From contig CAVZIW010000006.1 in assembly GCA_963775465.1 (NCBI GenBank), forward strand, positions 160,001 to 224,000: DNA of 64,000 bases, given 5' to 3'. The position numbers were made by a program, and so were the translations under genes. Every line of letters begins with the position of its first letter. The first letter of the stretch is position 1. Positions 10,286-20,504 of the stretch are shown here, in pieces. The DNA comes from Candidatus Bathyarchaeota archaeon (GTDB lineage Archaea; Thermoproteota; Bathyarchaeia; Bathyarchaeales; Bathycorpusculaceae). Below the pieces are notes generated by a model that was not told the origin of the DNA, searched no databases, and was given only the letters and a program-made list of their open reading frames with translations.

Positions 10286-10921
10286 TTATTTTTTGATTTC
10301 TACGTTGCATTTTGCGTTCTGCGGCATCGTCAAATGTAGCACCTTTTGGACTCTTTGTGCAATCAACCATGCTATAGGAATGGTATACAAGGCTAAGGTC
10401 GCGTTGAAGAATGCTGCAAACGGTAAGTAAGCATTTGTTACTGCCTGGTCGAATCCAAAGCTTGCAAAGCCGATTGGTGCGGGTTGTGGAAGAGCAAAAT
10501 AGAGCAAAACTGACATTAAAACTACGCGAGTTAAGATTCCTGTAGCGGTTGCGATTGTTGCCCATTTGATGCTGAAGAGAATGTTTGCATCCGGATTATT
10601 TTTGCAGGCGATTCTTTTGCCTATTGCTACGATTGCGTAAATACCAATTTGCATAGATAGAGTGGCTGCGAGGTTGTATGCTGGTCCGGTTGGAAGTATG
10701 CCTGGGAAGATCGCGAATAGAACGGCAGTGTTTACTAGTGAAACAGCTATTCCTGTTATTGGACTGATTATTAGGAACGCGATTACGATTGGGATTTCCC
10801 ATACTTGATAAATAAGTCCGTTAGCGAGTGGAAAGTTGAGGGATATGTGTGTGAAGGTTGGGTTTAATGCGATTGCTATGGCTGCGAAGACTATTGTCAA
10901 GGTGAGTTTTTTGGTATTCAT
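10286..10921 (-). CDS. ECF transporter S component
   Basis: 6 TM; 'AAIAIAL...YQVWEIPIVIAFL...G...FNAT' pattern. Confidence 0.7.
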   Translation of the reverse strand: MNTKKLTLTIVFAAIAIALNPTFTHISLNFPLANGLIYQVWEIPIVIAFLIISPITGIAVSLVNTAVLFAIFPGILPTGPAYNLAATLSMQIGIYAIVAIGKRIACKNNPDANILFSIKWATIATATGILTRVVLMSVLLYFALPQPAPIGFASFGFDQAVTNAYLPFAAFFNATLALYTIPIAWLIAQRVQKVLHLTMPQNAKCNVEIKK

Positions 10922-11098
10922 AATTGTCTATTCCTGTTTTGGTTACTGATGCAGTCGTTAGCTATTTAAGAGTAACTACCCAAAAATGGGTTGCTCACAG
11001 TGCTATATTCTGTGTAATTAACGACGTAGATTTAACAGAATTCAGTGCTAAAATTGATAAACAAGCCTGCCAATAAATAACCTAAGCGTGAAGCATAT

Positions 11099-12352
11099 TT
11101 GACGGAACAAACCATTCAATTCTCTTCCTCAACTGAAACAAAACGATGGCTTGAAAACCAAACGGTCAGCACCCTCAAACCCGTGCATACTCAAGCCAAA
11201 AAACTCAGTGACGATACCAATCTTGCAATTCACAGCGTTGAGGAAGTCAGCAAACTCCTCTTCGACACTAGCTCCAAAGAAATAGAAAAAAGAAATATGA
11301 AACTCTATAACCGTGCAAGAGCTCTAAACAAACTCTCTCGCCTATTCCTCGACCGCCTCAAAAAACTTACCCCCCCAGAACAAATCTCATACGACTCGAT
11401 GAGTCGGTATTCACAAGAAACCCAAAAAGTCTTCATCGTAACGGATATAGATCTTAAGAATTGGTTTCCGCGGATTTCTCCGTACTTCATTATGGACCGC
11501 CGAAAGTTTTTAGCAGTCTATGAACGCGCCAGACAAGCATACAATACCATGAACGATTATGTCAACAAAGAGTATGTCAAAACTAAAACACTTGAGGAAG
11601 CACTCCAACAATTAAACGAGCTACAAAATGTCGAAAAACAGTTAATTACACTTAAACGAGAAAAAGACTCCATAACAAATGAGTGTAAATCTCTACAACA
11701 AGAAATCGAGGCTTTGGAACAAAAAATCTTTGAGTTAAACAGCAAAGGTCCTATAGACAAATTAAACTTGGTTAACTCGGAAATCGACTCTTTAAGCAAC
11801 GAGCTAAAACACACATTACGTTACCTGCAAAAACCCTTCATTAAAATGCAAGCATTAGCGACTCAGGGCGGCGGAGGTGGAATAACTCCGGATGAATTGA
11901 CCCAGATTAGCAAATATTTGGAGTCGCCTTTTGATGCATTGGTTTCAGAGCAACAAGGGTATCCCTTGTTTAAGGAGATTTTGCAGAAATTAGAAGCAAT
12001 GTTAGCTGAAGATAAGCTTAAGCTAAAATCAGATAAAGCAAGAAAAGCCGAACAGACGGTCAACGAAATATTGTATAAAAATGGTTTAGACAGTCTACAA
12101 ATCAGATGCACTGAAATGGCAAACAACAAAAAGCATCTTTTGGCTTCATCAAAACTGGATGAGATAAAACAAAGCATAAGCCAACTTCAAGAACAAGTCG
12201 ATCAACTCAAAACCAGAAAGGCAAGTGTCGAAACCCACGAAGCTGTAAAAGAAAACTCGTTCAAGGAAGCAGTGGATAAAATAAGTGGTCTGAAGCGGAC
12301 AATTGAGCGCAACGTTTACTCGTCATTAGAGATAAAGATTCAAATCGCTTAG
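11099..12352 (+). CDS. Conserved-looking coiled-coil protein of unknown function
   Basis: 417-aa ORF, TTG start, extensive heptad-like K/E/Q/L stretches. Confidence 0.7.
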   Translation: MTEQTIQFSSSTETKRWLENQTVSTLKPVHTQAKKLSDDTNLAIHSVEEVSKLLFDTSSKEIEKRNMKLYNRARALNKLSRLFLDRLKKLTPPEQISYDSMSRYSQETQKVFIVTDIDLKNWFPRISPYFIMDRRKFLAVYERARQAYNTMNDYVNKEYVKTKTLEEALQQLNELQNVEKQLITLKREKDSITNECKSLQQEIEALEQKIFELNSKGPIDKLNLVNSEIDSLSNELKHTLRYLQKPFIKMQALATQGGGGGITPDELTQISKYLESPFDALVSEQQGYPLFKEILQKLEAMLAEDKLKLKSDKARKAEQTVNEILYKNGLDSLQIRCTEMANNKKHLLASSKLDEIKQSISQLQEQVDQLKTRKASVETHEAVKENSFKEAVDKISGLKRTIERNVYSSLEIKIQIA

Positions 12353-12512
12353 TTTTATGAACCTTCTTTTTTCTCAAATAAAATATTTCATATCTGAACG
12401 CGATAAATGTATTCAAATGATGTGACGCAGACTTTTAACCTCAGTTCAATCAGCATGCTTTTTATTTGCGTTGCATCTATCCACTAAACGAACTCGTACA
12501 GGAGGCACTTTG

Positions 12513-14042
12513 ATGGCTGAACTTAGAATACAGGAACAACAACTACTAAACGCTCTAGAACAGGTTGGGGGGAGGGCAACTGTAGAAGAACTCATGGAAA
12601 AATGCGAGTTGCCGGACGCAGCTATCATGCGTAATGCCCTCACATTACAGGAAAAAGATTTCATAACCATTCGTGCGAATGTGCAGAACGTAATTAAACT
12701 AACTTCCGAAGGCGAAAAATATGCCCAAGAAGGTTTGCCTGAGCGCAATCTCGTTCTTGCTGCAGCTCAACTCGGTGGTACTGCAGACTTGCAGACTGCA
12801 GCGAAACAAGCTAACTTGTCTAATGCGTTTGTCCAAATCGCCCTTGGTTGGGCAATCCGAAAAAAATGGGTAATCTTTGCGTCAAAAGAAAATAAACTAA
12901 TCATATCAGAAACGCTTCTTCATGAAACAATCATCCCAGAAGGTTGTGATGAGTCGCTTCTAAAACACCTAAATACAAGCCATCAAGAAACAATGGAAAC
13001 CCTGAGTCCTGAACTTCAACAAGCAACTCAACAACTGAAAAAACGTAAACTCCTGACAGTTGAAGCCAAAACCACTCGAACCATCCAAATTACTCCTGAA
13101 GGCAAAAAAGCCCAAAAAGAATTGAAAACAACACCCCCTGAAGTCACCCAACTTACGCCTGAACATATTATTACGGGCAAATGGAAAGAAATCCAACTTC
13201 AAAAATACAACATTCAAGCGCCTGTTGCTAAAACATACGGGGGCAAGAAACACCCCTACCTGCAATTTCTCGATGAAGTTCGCGCTAAACTGGTTCAATT
13301 GGGATTTCAAGAAATGATCGGCACAGCAGTTGAAACTTGTTTTTTCAATTTCGATGCCCTTTATGTGCCGCAGGATCATCCAGCCCGTGAGTCCTCAGAC
13401 ATCTATTACATTAAGAACCCCAAAAATGGTGACTTAGATCAACATACTGTTGCTCTTAATCTTGTGAAGCAAACGCATGAGAATGGTGATAGTACTGGTT
13501 CAACAGGTTGGGGATATAAATATTCGCTGCAAGCTGCTCAGCGTTTAATTCTTAGAGGACATGGGACCTGTCTTTCTGCTAGAACGCTGGAAAGCGGGAA
13601 TTTTGAAGTTCCGAGCAAGCACTTTAGCATAGCAAGAGTCTACCGTCCTGAAATCACTGATAAAACGCACTTGTCTGAATTCAACCAGGTTGAAGGCATA
13701 ATTGTCGATGAGAAACTGACTTTGAAGGATCTTCTTGGTGTTTTGGGAAAGTTTGCTAAAGAAATCGCCGGAGCCGACAAAGTTCGATTTAAACCCGACT
13801 ATTTTCCCTTTACCGAACCTAGTGTAGAGCTCTCCGCTTACAAAGAGGGTTACGGTTGGGTGGAATTTGGAGGTTCAGGCATTTTCCGTCCTGAAGTCAC
13901 TCTGCCACTTGGTGTTAAGGTGCCTGTGATTGCCTGGGGTCTTGGTGTGGATCGACTTTTCATGATGCGTAATAGAATAGATGATATTCGAGAGATTTTT
14001 AGTCAGAATTTGCAGTGGCTTAGAAACAAGCAGGTGACTTAA
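12513..14042 (+). CDS. pheS: Phenylalanine--tRNA ligase alpha subunit
   Basis: 'FNFDALYVPQDHPARE', 'THLSEFNQVEG', 'YFPFTEPSVE', 'GIFRPEV'; RBS GGAGG. Confidence 0.97.
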   Translation: MAELRIQEQQLLNALEQVGGRATVEELMEKCELPDAAIMRNALTLQEKDFITIRANVQNVIKLTSEGEKYAQEGLPERNLVLAAAQLGGTADLQTAAKQANLSNAFVQIALGWAIRKKWVIFASKENKLIISETLLHETIIPEGCDESLLKHLNTSHQETMETLSPELQQATQQLKKRKLLTVEAKTTRTIQITPEGKKAQKELKTTPPEVTQLTPEHIITGKWKEIQLQKYNIQAPVAKTYGGKKHPYLQFLDEVRAKLVQLGFQEMIGTAVETCFFNFDALYVPQDHPARESSDIYYIKNPKNGDLDQHTVALNLVKQTHENGDSTGSTGWGYKYSLQAAQRLILRGHGTCLSARTLESGNFEVPSKHFSIARVYRPEITDKTHLSEFNQVEGIIVDEKLTLKDLLGVLGKFAKEIAGADKVRFKPDYFPFTEPSVELSAYKEGYGWVEFGGSGIFRPEVTLPLGVKVPVIAWGLGVDRLFMMRNRIDDIREIFSQNLQWLRNKQVT

Positions 14043-14043
14043 C

Positions 14044-15765
14044 ATGCCCACGATAGATGTAAACTATTCCGAACTTGAACGCCAACTCGGCATCACACTT
14101 AACGATGATATTGATAGACTCGACGAGATTTTGGCTAACGTTAAAGCTGAAGTTAAAAGTTACAGCCAAAAAGATGATTCTGTTAGCGTGGAAATGAAAG
14201 ATACTGCGCGTGCTGACCTCTGGAGCGTTGAAGGTCTAAGTCGAGCACTGCAAGGTTATCTAAACCGTAGCAGGGGCATAAAACCTTACTCGGTGGGTAA
14301 ATCCGTTATTGAAGTTAAAGTGAGTGCTCAACTTTTTGGGATTCGCCCCTACATTTGTTGTTCAGCTGTTAAAGATATTCATCTCTCAGATTCAATCATT
14401 AAAGGAATTATGCATCTGCAAGATAAACTTGATCAAACCCATGGTCGAAGCCGACAGAAGACTTCTATCGGTATCTACAACTTGGATTTAATTAAGCCTC
14501 CAATCCTTTATTCGGCTGTGAAGCCCTCGGATGTAAAGTTTGTGCCATTGGGTTTTTCAGAGAAAATGTCTTTGGATGAGGTTTTGGAACGCCATCCTAA
14601 AGGCATCGAATATGGTCACATCGTCAAGAAAAACTCGCTCTACCCAATGCTGTTCGATAGCGAAAACAAAGTTCTCTCGTTTCCACCCATAATTAACTCC
14701 AACGATTTGGGCAAGATCACTGAGGAGTCAAGGAATTTACTGGTGGAAGTCACAGGAACCCAACATAAAACCGTTCTTGACACCCTTAACTTGGTGACTT
14801 TAGCTTTAATTGACCGAGGAGGCAAAGCATACAGTGCAACAATTCATTACCCCCAAAATTCGGAATACACGGAAAGAACAGTTGCAACCCCAAACTTTGA
14901 CAACCGACACTTCCAGCTAAGCGTAGAAGAAACCAATCGCTTATTGGGTTTGCAGTTGTCTGCCCAAAAAATCGGTGCCCTTCTTGAAGTTGCAGGTTTA
15001 GGCGTGGAGCAGGCAGATGCTGAATCTGTATCGGTTTTGGTCCCCTGTTATCGCGTTGATGTTATGCATCAAGTTGACCTAATAGAAGATGTCGCCATCG
15101 CTTATGGCTACAATAACATAGAGCCGCTTTGGCGCGAACTTGCAACGATAGGCGCTGCAAACCCTCAGCAACATTACGTTGACAACGCGCGGGAATTAAT
15201 GATTGGATTGGGCTTTCAAGAAGTCCTCAACACCACTCTGACGAACCAGGAAACCTTGTTTTCGAAAATGAATGTGTCCCCAAGCAACATAATTGAGGTT
15301 TCTGATCCCAAGGTTCTAACAATGGCTTGCGTTCGAAATTGGCTATTACCTAGTCTATTGGATTTTTTGAGTGTTAACGCATCCGTTGAGTTTCCGCAAA
15401 AAATCTTTGAACTCGGAAAAGTCACCTTACTTGACGAAACAAAGGAAACCAAAACTAGAGATGAAGATTATCTTGCCGCTGCAGTATCTCATCCAAATGC
15501 AAACTTTACCGAAATTAAATCTATTGTGGATTCATTTATGACCAATTTTGGCTTGAACTGGCAAATAGAAGAGACTGCGCATTCTTCGTTTATTGAAGGA
15601 AGGGTTGGCAAACTATTTGTGAGTGGGGTTGATGTTGGAGTTCTCGGCGAAATTCATCCAGCAGTGCTTGGAAATTGGAAGCTGGAAAACCCCGTGGTCG
15701 CTTTCGAAGTAAACTTTCAAAGCGTTCTCGATTGCAAGCTAAAGAAAATGCCTTTAGAACCATGA
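14044..15765 (+). CDS. pheT: Phenylalanine--tRNA ligase beta subunit
   Basis: 'MPTIDV', 'LSFPPIINS', 'DLIEDVAIAYGYNNI'; directly follows pheS. Confidence 0.97.
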   Translation: MPTIDVNYSELERQLGITLNDDIDRLDEILANVKAEVKSYSQKDDSVSVEMKDTARADLWSVEGLSRALQGYLNRSRGIKPYSVGKSVIEVKVSAQLFGIRPYICCSAVKDIHLSDSIIKGIMHLQDKLDQTHGRSRQKTSIGIYNLDLIKPPILYSAVKPSDVKFVPLGFSEKMSLDEVLERHPKGIEYGHIVKKNSLYPMLFDSENKVLSFPPIINSNDLGKITEESRNLLVEVTGTQHKTVLDTLNLVTLALIDRGGKAYSATIHYPQNSEYTERTVATPNFDNRHFQLSVEETNRLLGLQLSAQKIGALLEVAGLGVEQADAESVSVLVPCYRVDVMHQVDLIEDVAIAYGYNNIEPLWRELATIGAANPQQHYVDNARELMIGLGFQEVLNTTLTNQETLFSKMNVSPSNIIEVSDPKVLTMACVRNWLLPSLLDFLSVNASVEFPQKIFELGKVTLLDETKETKTRDEDYLAAAVSHPNANFTEIKSIVDSFMTNFGLNWQIEETAHSSFIEGRVGKLFVSGVDVGVLGEIHPAVLGNWKLENPVVAFEVNFQSVLDCKLKKMPLEP

Positions 15766-16548
15766 AAGGGTTCCGTTTTTTCTGGCGGTTTTTAGGCACC
15801 AAGAGTAAGCTATGTAGCCAGCGGGGAGAATTATAGCGCACATTAAACCCAGGATGGCTAAGTCGGGTAAAATTGCTTCTATTCCTTGTCCAATAAGCAT
15901 GGGTCGAATGCATGTGAAGAAGTAGTATTGGGGCACAAAGAAACTGATTATTTGTAGGGGAAGTGGCATGACCGTGATTGGGAAGAGCACGTTTCCAAAA
16001 AGGTTGGTGGCTAATGTTATGATGGTTGTGATGGGATCGCCTTGTTTTGTTAAAATCAGGACCCCTGCACCTAGCATGCTAAAGCCGATAAATGTTCCAA
16101 TGCCAAGACCTACAACTATTATGGTTCCGATGATGTTGACGCTGAGTATGACGCCGAAAGCGAAGACGCCAACTGATAAATAAATGACGATGACAAGGGT
16201 GCTCCAGATAAAACCCCAAAGTGAGCTGCCTATTATGAATGTTACCAACCCGGTGGGGGAAACCAGCACTTCTTCTAGGCTCCATGGGTTAATTGTTCGT
16301 TGAACTAAAGTTAGGCTTTGCGACAAGTATGTGTTAAAGGCCAGTCCAATTAGCAAGTAAGTGACAACAGGCATGCCCAGGTTTTGCACGCTTGGCATTG
16401 AAGCATTTGAACCCCAAAATGCATATGATAACGCTCCAAAGAGAGCGCTAATCACGCTGAGTAAAATGTTTGTTTTGTAGGTTGAGAAGGAAATGATGTC
16501 TCGTTTCATGAAGTAATAGATTTTGTCGAGTTCCTGCGTTAACTTCAC
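15754..16548 (-). CDS. ABC-2 type exporter permease
   Basis: 6 TM, 'LEEVLVSP', 'LFPITVMP'; overlaps ABC ATPase gene. Confidence 0.85.
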   Translation of the reverse strand: MKLTQELDKIYYFMKRDIISFSTYKTNILLSVISALFGALSYAFWGSNASMPSVQNLGMPVVTYLLIGLAFNTYLSQSLTLVQRTINPWSLEEVLVSPTGLVTFIIGSSLWGFIWSTLVIVIYLSVGVFAFGVILSVNIIGTIIVVGLGIGTFIGFSMLGAGVLILTKQGDPITTIITLATNLFGNVLFPITVMPLPLQIISFFVPQYYFFTCIRPMLIGQGIEAILPDLAILGLMCAIILPAGYIAYSWCLKTARKNGTLSWF

Positions 16549-17561
16549 GTGCCTGCACCAGTTCCAGTTAACTCGATAAATGCGTCTTCTAGTGCGGGTT
16601 CTTCCTGTTGGAAGTTTACAAGTTTGATTTTTTCTCTGAAGAAGAAATCCAACACATTTGATAAGGTATCCGTGTTTTCCAAGCGTACTCTTAGGTGAAT
16701 CTGACCAAGAACTGAATCTTGTATTTCTGAGGCTAAACTAGACACGCCGTCTAAACTTTGCAGATTATTCACTTGGGTTGTGGACATATTTTTAACGACA
16801 AAGTTGGCGACTTCGCCTTTCTTTGCCATGCCTTTTAATGCATCAGGAGTGTCTAAAGCAACGATTTTGCCTCTATTCATGATTCCTACACGGTCACACA
16901 TCTGAGATACTTCTTCAATGTAATGCGTTGTGTAAAGAACGGTTTTGCCGTGCTTCTTACCCAGGTCGTTTTTTATGAAATTTCTAATGGTGTGTGATGA
17001 AGTAACGTCTAAACCAGTTGTTGGTTCATCGAGAAGTAGAATAGGTGGGTCAGGTAGCAATGCTCTGGCTAAGGCAAGTTTTCTTTTCATCCCCCCCGAA
17101 TATTTCTGGAAGACCACAAAAGCTTTCTCTTCCATTCCAACCAGCTGTAGAACTTCCATTATTCTTTCATGTCTTCCTTTTCTGGGGACATTATTTATGG
17201 CGGCGAAAAACTCTAGGTTGCTGTATCCGCTTAGTCTCCAGAAGAAGCCGCGTTCGCCTACGCTGAAAAGGGTACCGATTGACTCTTTCACGCGCATCTG
17301 TTGTTTTAAAACATCAAAACCATTTACTGTAGCTGTTCCTTGGTCAGGAGGTAGGAGTGTGCAGAGGACTTTGACAAGTGTTGTTTTTCCTGCGCCGTTG
17401 GGGCCAAGAAGCCCGAAGACCTCGCCTTTTTTTATTGTTAAGTTAAGGTTGTTGATGGCGTTCACTGATTGGGTTTTTCGATTAAATAGTTTGCCAGTTG
17501 CGGTTTTTGTCTTAAATTTTTTAATTAGATTGATTGTTTGAATAGCGGGTTCTTGTTGCAA
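16545..17561 (-). CDS. ABC exporter ATP-binding protein (DrrA-like)
   Basis: 'GPNGAGKTT', 'YSGGM', 'LLLDEPT', 'TTHY'. Confidence 0.93.
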   Translation of the reverse strand: MQQEPAIQTINLIKKFKTKTATGKLFNRKTQSVNAINNLNLTIKKGEVFGLLGPNGAGKTTLVKVLCTLLPPDQGTATVNGFDVLKQQMRVKESIGTLFSVGERGFFWRLSGYSNLEFFAAINNVPRKGRHERIMEVLQLVGMEEKAFVVFQKYSGGMKRKLALARALLPDPPILLLDEPTTGLDVTSSHTIRNFIKNDLGKKHGKTVLYTTHYIEEVSQMCDRVGIMNRGKIVALDTPDALKGMAKKGEVANFVVKNMSTTQVNNLQSLDGVSSLASEIQDSVLGQIHLRVRLENTDTLSNVLDFFFREKIKLVNFQQEEPALEDAFIELTGTGAGT

Positions 17562-17766
17562 ACCTTAACCTCAACTGTTTTGGCTTTGTTAGAAGATATG
17601 TTTTGTTAAGTTTTAGACTTAGCGTGCAATTAAGTTTTTCTGCATATTATTTTGTTATGGGATAGCTCGATTTTTGATTTGTTAAGCAACAATAAGTTCT
17701 TTGTTGATCTGTTTTTTTATTATTTAATTCAAGATGAGAAAAAGGAAAAAGGTTGTGTAAAGGACT

Positions 17767-17868
17767 TTAGCGTCTGGAGGCTGTACGTGCGCAAGCGTCA
17801 CTGCAATATTTTGATTTAGCGCTAAAAGTGGTGTATTTTTTCTTGCAAACTGGGCATTTCTTTTCCAT
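17767..17868 (-). CDS. 33-aa zinc-finger microprotein (not in ORF track)
   Basis: MEKKCPVCKKKYTTFSAKSKYCSDACARTASRR; CxxC...CxxxC; TATA-like element ~35 nt upstream. Confidence 0.65.
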   Translation of the reverse strand: MEKKCPVCKKKYTTFSAKSKYCSDACARTASRR

Positions 17869-18220
17869 GAACAACCCTATTTAATAGATAATTAGCTCCG
17901 AGTAATAAATTTACAGTTTCTTCAAAGAAAATCCGGCTCTGCTTAATCTATGTCAAGACCAGACACTCAAAAAAAACTGTTTGTCTGCTAGAACAACAAC
18001 ACCTAAAAATTTCTTGTTGTTGTTCTTCCATCCCTCTATGCGCAGAGAAAGTGTTTGAGCCTAAGATTGCAGTTTTTTTCTGGGAATAACATGGCCTCCC
18101 TTCTATTATGCAACCTCAATATAACTTGATCTGTCCAAACACTAAAACCCGTTTTTCTTCGTTTTGTTTAAATATTAGTGTTATGACTATGCATGTGCAA
18201 AAAGAAGGAATATCTTAGAT

Positions 18221-18661
18221 ATGGGTTCCAAGTCTCCAAGAGGCGAATTTGCCGCAAGGCAGTTAGCAAAGAAACGGAAAAACTTCCGTTGGCACGATAG
18301 GTACTTTAACCGACGCATGTTACGGCTCGACGAAAAAGTTGATCCAATGCAGGGCGCACCCCAAAGCCGAGGCATTGTTCTCGAGAAAGTAGGTGTTGAA
18401 TCTAAACAGCCCAACAGCGCCATTCGAAAATGTGTCCGCACACAACTTATCAAAAACGGCAGAACCATCACAGCGTTCTTGCCTGGTGACGGCGCCCTTA
18501 ACGTTATAGATGAACACGACGAGGTTGTAGTGGAGGGTATTGGCGGAACCAGAGGCGGCGCTATGGGAGACATTCCAGGAGTCCGCTGGAAGGTCGTTAA
18601 GGTAAACGGTACCTCTTTGAATGAACTAGTATATGGACGTAAACAAAAACCAGCAAGGTAA
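18221..18661 (+). CDS. rps12: 30S ribosomal protein uS12
   Basis: '[15 protein letters not shown]', '[10 protein letters not shown]'; TATA 'tttaaata' near 18167. Confidence 0.98.
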   Translation: MGSKSPRGEFAARQLAKKRKNFRWHDRYFNRRMLRLDEKVDPMQGAPQSRGIVLEKVGVESKQPNSAIRKCVRTQLIKNGRTITAFLPGDGALNVIDEHDEVVVEGIGGTRGGAMGDIPGVRWKVVKVNGTSLNELVYGRKQKPAR

Positions 18662-18668
18662 GAATGTT

Positions 18669-19250
18669 ATGTCAGCTTCCCAACGTCAAGAAATCAAACT
18701 TTTCCAAAAATGGAGTTTTAACGATATTACAGTAAAAGACATCGGTCTGCAACGTTACTTAAATTTAACTCCGATGGTTGCCCCTCACAGCATGGGACGC
18801 CATGAGCACCAACGATTCCGCAAAGCTAAAGTTAACATTGTCGAACGATTAATTAACGGATTAATGCGAAGTGGACCAAACGCAGGCAAAAAAGCCAAAG
18901 CAACAAACTTTGTAAAAGAAACCTTTGAAATCATCAACATCAAAACAGGCAGAAACCCTATCGAAGTTCTTGTTCAAGCAGTTGAAAACGCATCACCCTG
19001 CGAAGACACAACACGAGTCAGCATGGGAGGAGTTGTCTATCACCTCTCAGTTGACGTTGCACCTCAACGCCGAATCGACCTTGCTTTACGTCACATTACT
19101 GACGGTGCACGAAATGCATCAAAAAATAATCCCCGCAGTATCCAAGAAACACTCGCAGATGAACTCATCCTTGCAGCCAACAAAGACATAAAGAGTGCAG
19201 GCGTCGCCAAACGCAACGAAATTGAACGGGTTGCCCAATCCAGCAGATAA
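18669..19250 (+). CDS. rps7: 30S ribosomal protein uS7
   Basis: 'IVERLIN', 'VDVAPQRRID', 'EIERVAQSSR'. Confidence 0.97.
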   Translation: MSASQRQEIKLFQKWSFNDITVKDIGLQRYLNLTPMVAPHSMGRHEHQRFRKAKVNIVERLINGLMRSGPNAGKKAKATNFVKETFEIINIKTGRNPIEVLVQAVENASPCEDTTRVSMGGVVYHLSVDVAPQRRIDLALRHITDGARNASKNNPRSIQETLADELILAANKDIKSAGVAKRNEIERVAQSSR

Positions 19251-19313
19251 ACTGTTTATTTTTTTCTTTTAATTCTATTCTATAGCTATGAACTCGTTAG
19301 AGTATACTTCAGT

Positions 19314-20504
19314 TTACAGTATTTTGGCGTGAATCTCAATTATATCGCCGTCATCTAATACGAAGTTTAACCCAACTTTCTTTGGACTAAACGGTAACCG
19401 CTTTGCCCATACCATGGCGAACATGAAATTGGACAGCAATTCTTTGTGGATGTTTTTCGCCAGCTCATTGACGGTAGCACCTTTTCTGAGTGTAAAGGGG
19501 CGTTCACTGTGAGCTTTTGCGCCGGGTTCTTTGGTGTAGATGCGAATGATTCCCAGCGATTCAAAGATAGCTTTTCCTAACTCTTGCATGCCGAGTTTGC
19601 GTTCACATGACATTGGAACTATTGGTAATTTGTCTTTTACATGTTCTTTTAGACGTTGCAGATTAACCATTGTTCCGGGTAAGTCAAGTTTGTTTGCGAC
19701 AATTACGGCAGGTTTATAGATTGTGTTTTCATAGATTGCATCTTCTACGTCGCTTAGGGTTACAGCTCCCTTAATGCGTACGATGGCATCGTTGATTTTG
19801 TAGGTTCTCAACAGTTCCTCAATATCTTTCATGCTGCAGTCGATGAGTCTGCCCACAATTACAACTCTTAGTCGTGCACCTGCCGGTCGTCTTTCAATTT
19901 GGACTCTTCCTCCACTGGGCTTACTCACTAAAACCCGCGTTTTTTCCAGTTCTTCCAAGATCAAGTCCAGCTGCGCAACGAGATCACGGGACGCGTCAAG
20001 CATTAGAATTAAGCCATCAGCGTTTCGTGCTAACCCTAGCGTTACATTGCCGCCTGCTTTTCCTTCTGCTGCTCCTTCCATAACGGCGGGTGCTTCAACA
20101 ATCTGAAACTGTACATCCAAATAATTCATGATGCCAGGTACAGGTTCATGTGTGCTAAAAGGTGTAGGGGTAGGGCGCACTTTTGAGTTAGTTGTCGCGC
20201 ACATAAGGCAGCTTTTGCCTACATTGGTCATGCCGATTAACGCAACCTGTGCTGAAGCGGCTTTTTCTATGAAAAGTTTGGGTCCACCGCTGCTTTTTCC
20301 TGTGCCCATGCGCTTCTTTTTATCTAAGTCGTCTCGGATCAGTGCGATTTTTCTGTTTATTTCTCCGCGAAGCTTCATGGTGCCCTTGTGGTGTGGAACG
20401 TATCTTAGGAACTCTTGCATGGCTTCCATTTTTTCTTTAGGAGTCTTGGCTTGCTCAATTAGCTCCCATTTATCCATCGCTTCGGGCGGCAAGTTAGTTG
20501 GCAT
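19314..20504 (-). CDS. DRG/Obg-family GTPase with TGS domain
   Basis: 'MPTNLP', 'HKGT', G1 'GMTNVGKS', G4 'NKLD', C-terminal TGS 'LDDGDIIEIH'. Confidence 0.88.
   Translation of the reverse strand: MPTNLPPEAMDKWELIEQAKTPKEKMEAMQEFLRYVPHHKGTMKLRGEINRKIALIRDDLDKKKRMGTGKSSGGPKLFIEKAASAQVALIGMTNVGKSCLMCATTNSKVRPTPTPFSTHEPVPGIMNYLDVQFQIVEAPAVMEGAAEGKAGGNVTLGLARNADGLILMLDASRDLVAQLDLILEELEKTRVLVSKPSGGRVQIERRPAGARLRVVIVGRLIDCSMKDIEELLRTYKINDAIVRIKGAVTLSDVEDAIYENTIYKPAVIVANKLDLPGTMVNLQRLKEHVKDKLPIVPMSCERKLGMQELGKAIFESLGIIRIYTKEPGAKAHSERPFTLRKGATVNELAKNIHKELLSNFMFAMVWAKRLPFSPKKVGLNFVLDDGDIIEIHAKIL

Noticed and set aside
16945-17541. Long antisense ORFs (also 2599, 18187, 20128, 32239, 58751-60640)
   Set aside because: Shadows of well-supported genes on the opposite strand
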